Assembly: GCA_963776985.1 (NCBI GenBank)
Contig: CAVZOV010000002.1
Location: forward strand, 1,058,338 to 1,122,337
Source of the DNA: an uncultured Solirubrobacterales bacterium
Lineage (GTDB): Bacteria > Actinomycetota > Thermoleophilia > Solirubrobacterales > Solirubrobacteraceae
Length of the DNA: 64,000 nucleotides
Reading direction: 5' to 3'
Shown: positions 1 through 8,914 of the stretch, piece after piece
Position numbering within the stretch: the stretch's first letter is position 1
Layout: every line of letters starts with the position of its first letter
Translations under genes and position numbers: made by a program
The notes under the pieces: model-generated
The model's database searches: none
Seen by the model: only the letters and a program-made list of their open reading frames with translations
What the model was told of the DNA's origin: nothing

Positions 1-160
1 CGCGCAGCACCACGCAGTGCACCGACTGCTCGGCGTCGGCCTCGCGCAGGGCTTGGGCGAGCGCACGCAGCAGCTCCTGGCTCATCGCGTTGCGCTTCTC
101 CGGGCGGTTGAGCACGATGTGGCGGGCCGCCCCGCGGTCTTCTGTGGTGACGATGCTCAT
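1..160 (-). CDS. enoyl-CoA hydratase/isomerase (crotonase) family protein, first 53 codons only (runs off window edge)
   Basis: Own minus-strand translation from ATG 160-158 gives MSIVTTEDRGAARHIVLNRPEKRNAMSQELLRALAQALREADAEQSVHCVVLR, a typical crotonase N-terminus (LNRPEKRNA). ATGA start/stop overlap with CDS 157-987. Confidence 0.6.
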   Translation of the reverse strand, partial: MSIVTTEDRGAARHIVLNRPEKRNAMSQELLRALAQALREADAEQSVHCVVLR

Positions 161-987
161 GACAGGTCCAGTACCGGCGTCGGCGCTTCGATCGACCCGT
201 CGTGGTCCTCGCTCGGCACGATCGCCGTGCCCACCGCGAAAAACTCGATCGTGTGGCTGCCCCAGCCGTGGCTCTTCTCCTGCAGATCCACACCGACGAT
301 CCCCTCCGCGCTCAGCGTTTGCGCCTCCGACTGCATGCGCTCCATCGCAAGCTCGCGCGCGTCATACAGCGCCTGGGTGAAGTTCGACAGCTCCACGTTG
401 CGTCCCGTTTGCGCCATTGACTTGAGCATGCCGCGGTGGGCAACGTGGTAGACACAGCTGCCCATCACCATGCCCACGGGCCGGTGACCGGTGCGCAGCA
501 GCGTCCAGAAGTCCTGCCCCGAGAGGTCGCTCGTGAACGGCCTGCCGTTGGGCGCGCGGTGCAGCTTGCCCTCGCGATGCTTCACCGCGGTGCCGATCGC
601 GATGAACTCCGCCATGTCCTGGCCCCACTCATAGCGGCCGATATCGAGGCGTACTCCCACCACACCGTCCGCCCCGAGCTGGTCGGCCTCCTCCTCCATG
701 CGTGTCATCGCCAGCTGTCGCGCCCCATACATGGCTTCGGAGAGCACCGTCATCTCCTGGCTCTTCTTCCAGCCCGCCAGCTGGATGCCGATGTGGTAGA
801 TCGAGCTACCCACCACCAGGCCCACCGGGTCGAAGCCGGCCTGCTTGATCAGCAGGAACTCGTTGACGCTGAGGTCTGAGGTGAACAGGCCCGCGCGGTT
901 CTGCTGCAGGCGCGCCTTGCCCGCCTCGGGCACCCCCTCGAGCGAGGTCGGGTCGTACGTGCTCTCGGTCTCCTCTGTCTCGCTCAT
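157..987 (-). CDS. tandem (2x) YbjQ/UPF0145 (DUF74)-domain protein
   Basis: 276-aa ORF with two internal repeats. Each carries FTSDLS-x-x-(E/D)F, PVG-x-V-x-GS-x-YH and (A/G)-x-G(V/I)VGV motifs typical of YbjQ domains. Confidence 0.7.
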   Translation of the reverse strand: MSETEETESTYDPTSLEGVPEAGKARLQQNRAGLFTSDLSVNEFLLIKQAGFDPVGLVVGSSIYHIGIQLAGWKKSQEMTVLSEAMYGARQLAMTRMEEEADQLGADGVVGVRLDIGRYEWGQDMAEFIAIGTAVKHREGKLHRAPNGRPFTSDLSGQDFWTLLRTGHRPVGMVMGSCVYHVAHRGMLKSMAQTGRNVELSNFTQALYDARELAMERMQSEAQTLSAEGIVGVDLQEKSHGWGSHTIEFFAVGTAIVPSEDHDGSIEAPTPVLDLS

Positions 988-1052
988 GCTTGCGCTCCTG
1001 TTGGTGGGCTCATTGTTGTGTTCCTCTGCTTCGTTCGAAGATTGCTCAAAAG

Positions 1053-2066
1053 CTATGCCGTCAAATCGATGGTCGTCTCGGGCGCGTTCGGGATCGTCGC
1101 GCGGTCCTCCCGGATCGCCGTGCCGATCACATGGAAAGTCACCATCAGCCCGCTGCGTGAGTAGGCGCCGCCGCCAAGCGACACCTGGCGGATGCCGTGC
1201 GCGATGCGCACGCCGATCACGCCGCTCGCATCGAGCCTGGCCGCCTGCTCGGTCACTCGTCCCACTGCGATCTCTCGCGCGCTGTAGATGCCTTGCGTGA
1301 ATTCAGGCAGCTCCTGGTTTTGGATGAAGTTCATGCCGCCCAACCTCTGCGTCGAGTAAGACGCTCCCACGAAGAACACCGAACTCCACGCCACGATCCC
1401 CAGCGGCTCCACGCCCGCGCTCAGCAGCTTCGCGTAGTCGGCCACCGACAGCTCCGTGAGCACCGGGCCGTCCTCGCGCGAGCTGCCGCCATGCCGGGAT
1501 CGCTTGTCGTGGCGTGTGTTGCCGGCGGATCGTGCGGGCGGTGTGGTCTGGGTGCGCGTGCCGGGCGGAGTGCCGTGGCGTACCGCGGTGCCGATCACCA
1601 CGTACTCGATTGAGTTTTCCGCCCAATCGTGGGCGCCTGTTTGCAAGTCAACGCCGATCACGGCGTCCGCGCCCACGTGTCCTGCCTCCAGCGCCAGCCT
1701 GTGCAGGGCCCGCTCGCGCACCTCGTTCCATCCTTGTGAGAGCGCCTGCATCTCGAACATATACCCGCCGCCCATCGTCGACTGCCACGGCGTGTTCTGG
1801 TAGCCGACTTGATAAATGGAGCTGCCCATCACCTGCGACACCGGCTTCAGGCCGAGTTGGTGGCACAGCGCGAAGTCGGCGACCGACAGGTCGGAGGTGA
1901 ACGCGCCGCCGTGCTCGCCCAGCTCGCGCAGTCGCCGCTCGGCTCCGAGCGGGATGCCGCCCTGCTCGACCCGCGCCAACGACTCGGCCTGCTCTGCGGG
2001 GCTCTCGCCCGGGTCCGCGGGCTCGTCGTCCTCTTCGACGTCGGGCGGCGGCTCGTTCGCGCTCAT
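1053..2066 (-). CDS. tandem (2x) YbjQ/UPF0145 (DUF74)-domain protein, paralogue of 157-987
   Basis: 337-aa ORF with the same two-repeat architecture (FTSDLSVADF...PVSQVMGSSIYQVG; LTELSVADY...PLGIVAWSSVFFVG). A basic/Gly-Pro-rich linker separates the halves. Confidence 0.7.
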   Translation of the reverse strand: MSANEPPPDVEEDDEPADPGESPAEQAESLARVEQGGIPLGAERRLRELGEHGGAFTSDLSVADFALCHQLGLKPVSQVMGSSIYQVGYQNTPWQSTMGGGYMFEMQALSQGWNEVRERALHRLALEAGHVGADAVIGVDLQTGAHDWAENSIEYVVIGTAVRHGTPPGTRTQTTPPARSAGNTRHDKRSRHGGSSREDGPVLTELSVADYAKLLSAGVEPLGIVAWSSVFFVGASYSTQRLGGMNFIQNQELPEFTQGIYSAREIAVGRVTEQAARLDASGVIGVRIAHGIRQVSLGGGAYSRSGLMVTFHVIGTAIREDRATIPNAPETTIDLTA

Positions 2067-2446
2067 CCCACGAGCCTTTCAAGCGCCGCGCGGGCCTCGG
2101 CGCTGCGCTGCGCTTCCTCGCGTAGGTCCGCCGCCAGCGCGCCCACCCACTCGCCCGGGTCGAGCGCCTCGCGCTTGATCGCGATGCCTCCGACCTCGCG
2201 CTTGCGAAAGCCTTCGACGCGCTCCGAGACTGTCAGCTCATAGGAGGTGTCGCCGAGACTCACGCTGAGCTGGCGCACGCGCTTCTCGCCGCGCCCCAAC
2301 AACCCGCCGCCACGGCGCTCCACACGCGTCTGCGAGGGCAGCGCGCTCTCCAGCTTGCTTGCCAACACCTCCACCGAAATCCGCAGGTCGGAACCGTCGG
2401 CGCGTAGGCCGGCGGCGGAGAGGTCGAAGTCATCCTCGGCGAGCAT
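2063..2446 (-). CDS. hypothetical 127-aa protein, translationally coupled to the YbjQ paralogue
   Basis: C-terminal 127 codons of track ORF 2063-3169, with ATG at 2446-2444. Its TGA overlaps the ATG of 1053-2066 (ATGA). The remaining N-terminal part of the 368-aa ORF is antisense shadow of the carboxyltransferase gene. No family recognised. Confidence 0.5.
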   Translation of the reverse strand: MLAEDDFDLSAAGLRADGSDLRISVEVLASKLESALPSQTRVERRGGGLLGRGEKRVRQLSVSLGDTSYELTVSERVEGFRKREVGGIAIKREALDPGEWVGALAADLREEAQRSAEARAALERLVG

Positions 2447-2518
2447 CCCCAGTGAGGGTACTCCGACCGCACGCCGCGCCGCGTACCGTCCCGGGTCTAC
2501 CGATAGGCTCAGCTGCGC

Positions 2519-4048
2519 ATGAGCGATCTGCGCCAAGCAACAGAGCGAGCGCTCACCGGTGGGCCCGAGCGCCACCGCGAGAAGGCGCGCGAGCAGGGCA
2601 AGCTGCCGGTACGCGAACGCGTGGGTTTGCTGCTCGACGAGGGCTCCTTCTCCGAGGAGGCGTTGCTGGCGAACTGGAACGAGGACGGGCTTGGCGCCGA
2701 CGGAGTCGTGACGGGAGTCGGCACGATCGGGGGGCGACCGGTTGCGCTGATGGCCAACGACCCAACGGTCAAGGCCGGCTCGTGGGGGCCGAAGACGGTC
2801 GAGAAGATCCTGCGCATCCAGGAGTGCGCCGCCAGCCTGCGCATCCCGATGGTCTACCTCGTGGACTCGGCGGGTGCGCGCATCACCGAGCAGGTGCAGA
2901 TGTTTCCGGGACGGCGCGGGGCGGGGCGGATCTTCTTCAACCAGGTGCGCATGTCCGGTGTCGTGCCGCAGGTGTGCGTGCTGTTCGGCCCCTCGGCGGC
3001 AGGGGGTGCCTACATACCGGCTTTCTGCGACATCGTCGTCATGCGCGATGGCAACGCCTCGATGTACCTGGGCTCGCCGCGCATGGCGCAGATGGTGATC
3101 GGCGAGGACGTCACCCTGGAGGAGATGGGCGGGGCGCGTATGCACACCGGTGTCTCCGGCTGCGCTCATCAGCTGGTCTCCTCAGACGAGGAGGGCATAG
3201 CGTTCGCGCGGCGCTACCTGTCCTACTTCCCGTCCAACCGCGATCAATCACCACCTGATGCCCCGTCTGCAGCGCCCGCGACTTTCGCCGGTGACGGCAG
3301 TCCCTTCGAGGTGATCCCAAGCGACGAGAACAAGCCGTTCGACATGCTCTCGTTGATCGAGGCGATTGTCGACGAGGGCTCGCTCTTGCAAATCCACGCG
3401 CGCTGGGCCAAGGAGCTGATCGTCGGCTACGCGCGCTTGGACGGTCGCGCCATCGGGATCGTCGCCAACCAGCCCAAGCACAAGGGCGGCGTGCTGTTCT
3501 CCGACTCGGCCGATAAGGCCGCGCGCTTCATCTGGACGTGCAACGCGTTCAACATCCCGCTCCTATTCCTGGCTGACGTGCCCGGCTTCATGATCGGTAC
3601 GCAGGTCGAGCGCCAGGGCATCATTCGCCATGGGGCCAAGATGATCAGCGCGGTTTCCGAAGCCACCGTGCCGAAGATCTCGGTGATCGTGCGCAAGGCC
3701 TATGGCGCTGGGCTCTACGCGATGGCCGGCCCCGCGTTCGACCCCGACTGCTGTATCGCGCTGCCGAGCGCATCGATCGCGGTCATGGGCCCGCAGGCCG
3801 CGATCAATGCCGTCTATTACAATCAGCTGCAGACGATCCCCGAGGGCGCCGAGCGCGAAGCGAAGACCGAGGAGCTGCGGCGCGAGTACGCGCAGGACAT
3901 CGACATCCTGCACCTCGCCTCCGAGCTTGTGGTCGACGCCGTGGTCGAGCCTGAGCGCCTGCGCGAGGACCTGATCCGGCGCTTTGCCCACGCGGAGAGC
4001 AAGCGGCGCGAGTGGCCCGCCAAGCGCAATCCGGTCACACCCGTTTGA
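2519..4048 (+). CDS. acyl-CoA carboxylase carboxyltransferase (beta) subunit, PccB/AccD-like
   Basis: 509 aa with the two-lobed carboxyl-transferase layout. Recognisable blocks: GRPVALMANDPTVKAGSWG, FGPSAAGGAYIPA, RAIGIVANQP, RKAYGAGLYAM. Confidence 0.9.
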   Translation: MSDLRQATERALTGGPERHREKAREQGKLPVRERVGLLLDEGSFSEEALLANWNEDGLGADGVVTGVGTIGGRPVALMANDPTVKAGSWGPKTVEKILRIQECAASLRIPMVYLVDSAGARITEQVQMFPGRRGAGRIFFNQVRMSGVVPQVCVLFGPSAAGGAYIPAFCDIVVMRDGNASMYLGSPRMAQMVIGEDVTLEEMGGARMHTGVSGCAHQLVSSDEEGIAFARRYLSYFPSNRDQSPPDAPSAAPATFAGDGSPFEVIPSDENKPFDMLSLIEAIVDEGSLLQIHARWAKELIVGYARLDGRAIGIVANQPKHKGGVLFSDSADKAARFIWTCNAFNIPLLFLADVPGFMIGTQVERQGIIRHGAKMISAVSEATVPKISVIVRKAYGAGLYAMAGPAFDPDCCIALPSASIAVMGPQAAINAVYYNQLQTIPEGAEREAKTEELRREYAQDIDILHLASELVVDAVVEPERLREDLIRRFAHAESKRREWPAKRNPVTPV

Positions 4049-4156
4049 GCGCGAGCAGACCGCGTCTTGCCGCTGGGCCCTCTCGCGCCAGCGTTTCGTG
4101 ACCGACGCTCCACGCGGCTCTGCAGCGGATCCGGCTCTGCACTAGATTCCTTTGCG

Positions 4157-5644
4157 ATGGACTCCACCGACCTCGCCTTCGCCGGCATCGCCAAGCAGGC
4201 CGAGTTGATCGCCGCGGGCGAGGTGTCCTCACGCGAGCTTGTTGACCTCTATCTGGAGCGGATCGCGCGCTTCAACCCGATGCTGAACGCGTTCCGCGTG
4301 GTGTTCGCTGAGCGCGCGCGTATGGAAGCCGATCAGGCCGACGCCAGGCGCGGTGCCGGAGGGGAACGCCCGCTGCTGGGTGTGGCGATCGCGGTCAAGG
4401 ACGAATTCGACGTCGCCGGTGAGCTGACCACGTTCGGCACCAACGCCTACGGCGAGCCCGCGCGCGAGGACTCGGAGATCGTGCGCCGCATGCGCGCCGC
4501 CGGTGCGATCGTGATCGGCAAGACGCACATGCCCGAGCTGGGCGCCTTCCCGTGGACCGAGTCACCCACCTGGGGCGCCACGCACAACCCTTGGCGGCTT
4601 GAGCACAGCCCTGGCGGCTCCAGCGGGGGCAGCGCGGCCGCCGTCGCCGCTGGTCTTGTCGGCGCCGCGCTCGCAGGCGACGGCGGCGGCTCGATCCGCT
4701 TTCCCGCCGCCTACTGCGGGCTGTTTGGGCTGAAGACCCAGCGCGGACGAGTACCGCTTGCGCCACATGTGGGCGCGTGGCACGGTCTGGTCGTCAATGG
4801 CGTGCTCGCGCGCTCGGTGCGCGACACCGCGCTGTTCTACGACGCGATCGCTGAGGGTCCGAGCGATCCCGACGCCGACCCTGTGCCTCCGTGTTCGTTC
4901 CTGGCAGCGCTTGGGCAGGCCGGACTCCAGACGCCGGTGGGAGAACCCCCGACGCTCGAGGAAGAGTCGTCCTCCTCCGGTAATGGTCAAGCGTCCCGTC
5001 CGCTGAAGATCGCGCTCGCGAGCAAGCTGCCGCCCTCGCCGCTGACGAAGCTGCACCCAGAGAATCGTGCCGCACTGGACGACATGGTTGCGCTGTTGCG
5101 CAGCCTTGGCCACGATGTGCAGGAGTGCGAGATCGACCACGGCCCGCTGGTGCCGCCGCCAGAGTTCACCGCGATCTACCTGCGCAGCGTCCACGAGGAG
5201 GCCGCCACGTTCGCTCACCCCGAGCGCCTTGAACGGCGCATCCGCACGCTTGCGCGCCTAGGCGGGATGCTGCCGCCCGGCGCGGTCGACTGGGCGCTCG
5301 GTCGCCAAGCGGACTACGCTGAGCGCCTGAACGAGCCGCTGGCCGACCACGACGTGCTGTTGATGCCCGTAACCCCCGCACCCCCACCGAAGATCGGCGC
5401 CCGCGAGGGTCGCGGCTGGCTGCGGACGACGATCGCGGCGTCCGCCACCGTCCCCTACGCGGCGCCCTGGAACTTCACCGGTCAGCCCGCCTGCTCGGTG
5501 CCCGCGGGGTTCGCCGCGGACGGGCTGCCGCGCGCGGTGCAATTCGTTGGCAAGCCCAACGACGAGGCCACGCTGGTCGCGCTCGCCGCACAGCTCGAGG
5601 CCGAGCGGCCCTGGACGCCGCAGCGCCCCGCCGCGTTTTCGTGA
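4157..5644 (+). CDS. amidase (amidase-signature family)
   Basis: AS-family signature GGSSGGSAAAVAAG and AVKDEFDV. ATG at 4157 (MDSTDLAFAGIAKQAELI...) preferred over track start 4067. Confidence 0.85.
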   Translation: MDSTDLAFAGIAKQAELIAAGEVSSRELVDLYLERIARFNPMLNAFRVVFAERARMEADQADARRGAGGERPLLGVAIAVKDEFDVAGELTTFGTNAYGEPAREDSEIVRRMRAAGAIVIGKTHMPELGAFPWTESPTWGATHNPWRLEHSPGGSSGGSAAAVAAGLVGAALAGDGGGSIRFPAAYCGLFGLKTQRGRVPLAPHVGAWHGLVVNGVLARSVRDTALFYDAIAEGPSDPDADPVPPCSFLAALGQAGLQTPVGEPPTLEEESSSSGNGQASRPLKIALASKLPPSPLTKLHPENRAALDDMVALLRSLGHDVQECEIDHGPLVPPPEFTAIYLRSVHEEAATFAHPERLERRIRTLARLGGMLPPGAVDWALGRQADYAERLNEPLADHDVLLMPVTPAPPPKIGAREGRGWLRTTIAASATVPYAAPWNFTGQPACSVPAGFAADGLPRAVQFVGKPNDEATLVALAAQLEAERPWTPQRPAAFS

Positions 5645-6528
5645 GCGACTCGCCGGAGCAGGGGAGGCCATCCTCTGAGCTGTCTGTGGCCGGCGAGCAG
5701 GCGGCGCCTGAGAGGGAGAGCCAGTCGCCCGAGCCCACCTTTGCGGGCAAGCCGGCGGCCCAGCAGGAGCTGCTGGCGCTGGCGGTCGATCTTGCCAAGC
5801 GCGCCGGTACGCTGCTATTGGAGCGATTCGAGGCCGGTCGCGAGCCGGCGCTCGCCAGCAAGAGCACGCCTACCGATCTTGTCAGCGAAGCCGACCTCGC
5901 CTCCGAGCGCCTGATTCGCGACACACTCGCACGGTCTCGACCAGCGGACGGATTCCTCGGCGAGGAGAGCGGAGGAGAGGACGGTTCGAGCGGCCTCACC
6001 TGGATCGTCGATCCGCTCGACGGCACGGTCAACTTCCTCTTTGGCATCCCCCAGTGGTGCGTCAGCGTGGCCGTCGCCGACTCCCGTGGATCGCTCGTGG
6101 GCGCGATCTTCGATCCCTGTCGCGATGAGCTGTTTGCCGCCACGCGCGAGGGGCGACCGACGTTGAATGGCGCGCCGATCCTCGCGTCAGATCGCGGCGA
6201 GCTGGCGAGCGCGATGGTTGCCACCGGCTTCGCCTACAGCGCTGAGGTGCGCGCCGCGCAGGCCGAGGTGCTGGCGCGCCTACTGCCGCGCGTACGCGAC
6301 ATCCGCCGCTTCGGCAGCGCCGCGCTCGACCTCGCGTGGACCGCCTGTGGGCGCTATGACGCCTACTTCGAGCGCACCACCAAGCCATGGGACATCGCGG
6401 CCGGCACGCTCGTGTGCGAGCGGGCCGGGCTCACGGTGACGGAGTTGCCCGAGCGGGGTGGCCTGCCGCTTGGGGTGCTGGCATGTGTGCCGGCGCTGGC
6501 CGGGGAGCTGCTCGAGCTTGTGGGCTGA
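5641..6528 (+). CDS. inositol monophosphatase/SuhB family protein
   Basis: Motifs EESG, WIVDPLDGTVNF and WDIAAG. GTG start overlaps the amidase stop. True start uncertain because the N-terminal ~45 aa are low-complexity. Confidence 0.8.
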   Translation: MSDSPEQGRPSSELSVAGEQAAPERESQSPEPTFAGKPAAQQELLALAVDLAKRAGTLLLERFEAGREPALASKSTPTDLVSEADLASERLIRDTLARSRPADGFLGEESGGEDGSSGLTWIVDPLDGTVNFLFGIPQWCVSVAVADSRGSLVGAIFDPCRDELFAATREGRPTLNGAPILASDRGELASAMVATGFAYSAEVRAAQAEVLARLLPRVRDIRRFGSAALDLAWTACGRYDAYFERTTKPWDIAAGTLVCERAGLTVTELPERGGLPLGVLACVPALAGELLELVG

Positions 6529-6618
6529 GCATCGCTCTGGTGTGCCGCCTTGGCAGCGGTCGGTTGCGGGGCGAGGCGGCGTTAGCCGCCAGCCGGTCGA
6601 GGTGATCCGCTCAATTCA

Positions 6619-6701
6619 TGCGGCGGGTGGGAATCGAACCCACACGCCCTTTCGGACAATGCCTTTTGAGAGCATCGCGTCTACCGTTCCGCCACCGCCG
6701 C
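6619..6701 (-). tRNA. tRNA-Leu (anticodon CAA)
   Basis: Hand-folded cloverleaf from the reverse complement: acceptor GCGGCGG/CCGCCGC, anticodon stem ATGCT/GGCAT with loop CTCAAAA, long variable arm, T-arm GTGGG-TTCGATT-CCCAC. No encoded CCA. Confidence 0.9.
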
Positions 6702-6732
6702 AATATCTCAATATTACGGGTACGCGGCGTCT

Positions 6733-7254
6733 CTATGCGGGTCTGGCGAGCGCGCTCTCCTCGGCACCCGCGTCGAGCTTCTCAAGCTCCACGTTCCAGC
6801 CCTGGGAGAAGCCGCGCATTGCGAACGCGATCAGCAGTATCTGCACCGGCACGATCAGCAGCGTGACGATGCCGAGCAGGCCGGCATTGAGGTTCGGCGG
6901 CGCATAGCCGGCTTTGTTGCGTTCAAACCAGGATGGGGCCGCCACGAGCGCGAAGATCAGCAGCAGCAGTCCCAGCGCGGCGGCGATTGGCAGCACGCCA
7001 CGACTCCAGCGGACGGCGTAGTAGGCCATCAGCAGATACACGGCCGCCCACGCCAGCAGGATCGGGATGCCGCCCTCGAGCGTGCTCCAACCTCCAATCG
7101 TCACGACCAGGATCAGCGCGGTGGACACGAGCAGCAGCAGCACAACCGTGGCGCGCGTGGCCTGAACGACCGGCTTGCCGCGGTTTGGGTGCGTCACGAT
7201 CACGCCCGCCGGCGTCCTGCTCCCCGAAGTTGAAGACATCTCGCTCATGACCAT
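6733..7254 (-). CDS. hypothetical integral membrane protein
   Basis: Track ORF 6733-7341 trimmed to ATG 7254 because its 5' end would overlap tRNA-Leu(TAG). About four hydrophobic helices (VVLLLLVSTALILVV, ILLAWAAVYLLMAYY, PIAAALGLLLLIFALV, LLGIVTLLIVPVQILLIAFA). Confidence 0.55.
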   Translation of the reverse strand: MVMSEMSSTSGSRTPAGVIVTHPNRGKPVVQATRATVVLLLLVSTALILVVTIGGWSTLEGGIPILLAWAAVYLLMAYYAVRWSRGVLPIAAALGLLLLIFALVAAPSWFERNKAGYAPPNLNAGLLGIVTLLIVPVQILLIAFAMRGFSQGWNVELEKLDAGAEESALARPA

Positions 7255-7282
7255 ACAATCTCTGGCGGTCCTCACGCAACCT

Positions 7283-7366
7283 GCGGGCGTGGTGGAATTG
7301 GTAGACACGCTGGCCTTAGGAGCCAGTGGGCTTTTGCCCATGGGGGTTCGAGTCCCTCCGCCCGCA
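7283..7366 (+). tRNA. tRNA-Leu (anticodon TAG)
   Basis: Acceptor GCGGGCG/CGCCCGC, anticodon stem CTGGC/GCCAG with loop CTTAGGA, long variable arm TGGGCTTTTGCCCAT, T-loop TTCGAGT. Confidence 0.9.
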
Positions 7367-7377
7367 CTATTTGGCTC

Positions 7378-8784
7378 TCAGCTGGAGGCAAGTGCCGCGG
7401 GGCACGCGAGCGCGTTTTCGGCGGCGCGCACCGACTCCACGAAGATCTCGATGCCGGTGAGCATCAGCTTGCGCGAGATAACCAGCGGCGGCAGGAAGCG
7501 AGCGACGTTGCCGTAGTGGCCGCCCACCTCAATGATCGCGCCTCGATGGAAGCACTCGGTGCGGACCCGTGCCGCCATCTCCGGCCACGGCTTCTTGGAG
7601 TCGCGATCCTTCACCAGCTCGATACCGATCATCAGGCCCCGGCCGCGCACATCCCCAACCGAGGGCAGTGTCTCCTGTGCTTCGCGCAGTAGTCCAAGCG
7701 TCATTTCGCCGAGCGTCATCGCGTGGGCTGGCAGATCGACCTCGCTCATGAACTCGATGGCCGCAAGCCCCGCCGCCATCGCGACCTGATGACCCCGGAA
7801 CGTGCCGATGTGAGCGCCCGGCTTCCACGTGTCCAGCTGCAGGTCATAAGCGACGCACGACAGCGGGTAGCCGATCCCACCCAGCGCCTTTGACAGCGTC
7901 ATCACATCTGGAGTGACCTGGTCGTGTTCACACGCAAAGAACGTGCCAGTCCTCCCAAACCCAGACTGGATCTCGTCGACGATCAGCGGCACGTCCTGCT
8001 CGTGCGTGATCCTGCGCACCTCCGCGAGATACCCGTCCGGGGGCACGATCGTGCCGCCCTCGCCCTGGATCGGCTCGATCAGCACGGCAGCCGGCTTGGG
8101 TATGCCGCTGTGCGGGTCTTCCAGGGACGTCTCGAGCAAACGCGCGCAAGCCATCTCGCACGAGTCGGGCTTCAAGCCAAGCGGACAGCGGTAGCAGTAG
8201 GGGTAGGGCATGAAGTGCACCGGGCTCGACGTCGGCCCGCCGAAACCGACGTCGCTGGTTACCGACAACGCTCCTGTCGTCATGCCGTGATAGGAGCCCT
8301 GGAAGGCGATCACAGCCTCGCGTCCGGTGTGCGCACGGGTCAGCTTCAGCGCCGACTCGATCGCGTCCGATCCGGTTGGGCCGCCGAAGTGAAAACGTGC
8401 GCGCTCGCGCAACCGGCCCGGCAGCAGCAACTTTAGCTTGCGCATCAGCTTCAGCTTCGGCTCGGTCGGGAAGTCGAGCGCATGCACGAGCTTGCTCTGT
8501 TGTGCCGTCGCGGCCTCCATCGCTGCCGGCAGGCTGTGGCCGGTGTTGAGCACGCCCGCTCCGCCAAACAGGTCGATGAACGTGTTGCCGTCGACGTCGC
8601 GCATCGTTGCGCCCTTGCCCGCCTCGATTGCGACCGGCACGCTACGCGGGTAGGAGCGTGCGCTTGACTCCAACTCCTCCTGCTCTGCCAGCATCTCGCG
8701 CGAGCGCGGTCCCGGTACCTCGCCCGAGAGCGACGGGGCCGGGTCGAAGTGCATCTGCTCGAAGCTGTGGTCGCTGTCGCTCAT
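7378..8784 (-). CDS. class-III pyridoxal-phosphate aminotransferase (GABA/diaminobutyrate transaminase-like)
   Basis: 468 aa with blocks GPTGSDAIESALKL, DEIQSGFGRTG and TLSKALGG (PLP lysine). Confidence 0.9.
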   Translation of the reverse strand: MSDSDHSFEQMHFDPAPSLSGEVPGPRSREMLAEQEELESSARSYPRSVPVAIEAGKGATMRDVDGNTFIDLFGGAGVLNTGHSLPAAMEAATAQQSKLVHALDFPTEPKLKLMRKLKLLLPGRLRERARFHFGGPTGSDAIESALKLTRAHTGREAVIAFQGSYHGMTTGALSVTSDVGFGGPTSSPVHFMPYPYCYRCPLGLKPDSCEMACARLLETSLEDPHSGIPKPAAVLIEPIQGEGGTIVPPDGYLAEVRRITHEQDVPLIVDEIQSGFGRTGTFFACEHDQVTPDVMTLSKALGGIGYPLSCVAYDLQLDTWKPGAHIGTFRGHQVAMAAGLAAIEFMSEVDLPAHAMTLGEMTLGLLREAQETLPSVGDVRGRGLMIGIELVKDRDSKKPWPEMAARVRTECFHRGAIIEVGGHYGNVARFLPPLVISRKLMLTGIEIFVESVRAAENALACPAALASS

Positions 8785-8914
8785 CGTTCAGGTCTGTCGC
8801 GACTATAGCTTTCCGGTAGGTGCGTGCAGTCGGATGGTGGCGGGTTGGTGGCGGGGGCGAAGTGTGAGGGCCTGGCGTGGCCGGGGATGAAGATCGGTGC
8901 GTGCGGTCCGGTGC

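Noticed and set aside
2447-3169. N-terminal 240 codons of the 368-aa minus-strand ORF 2063-3169
   Set aside because: They are antisense to the well-supported carboxyltransferase gene. The peptide is Arg/His/Ala-rich low complexity. A clean ATG at 2446 gives a coupled 127-aa gene instead.
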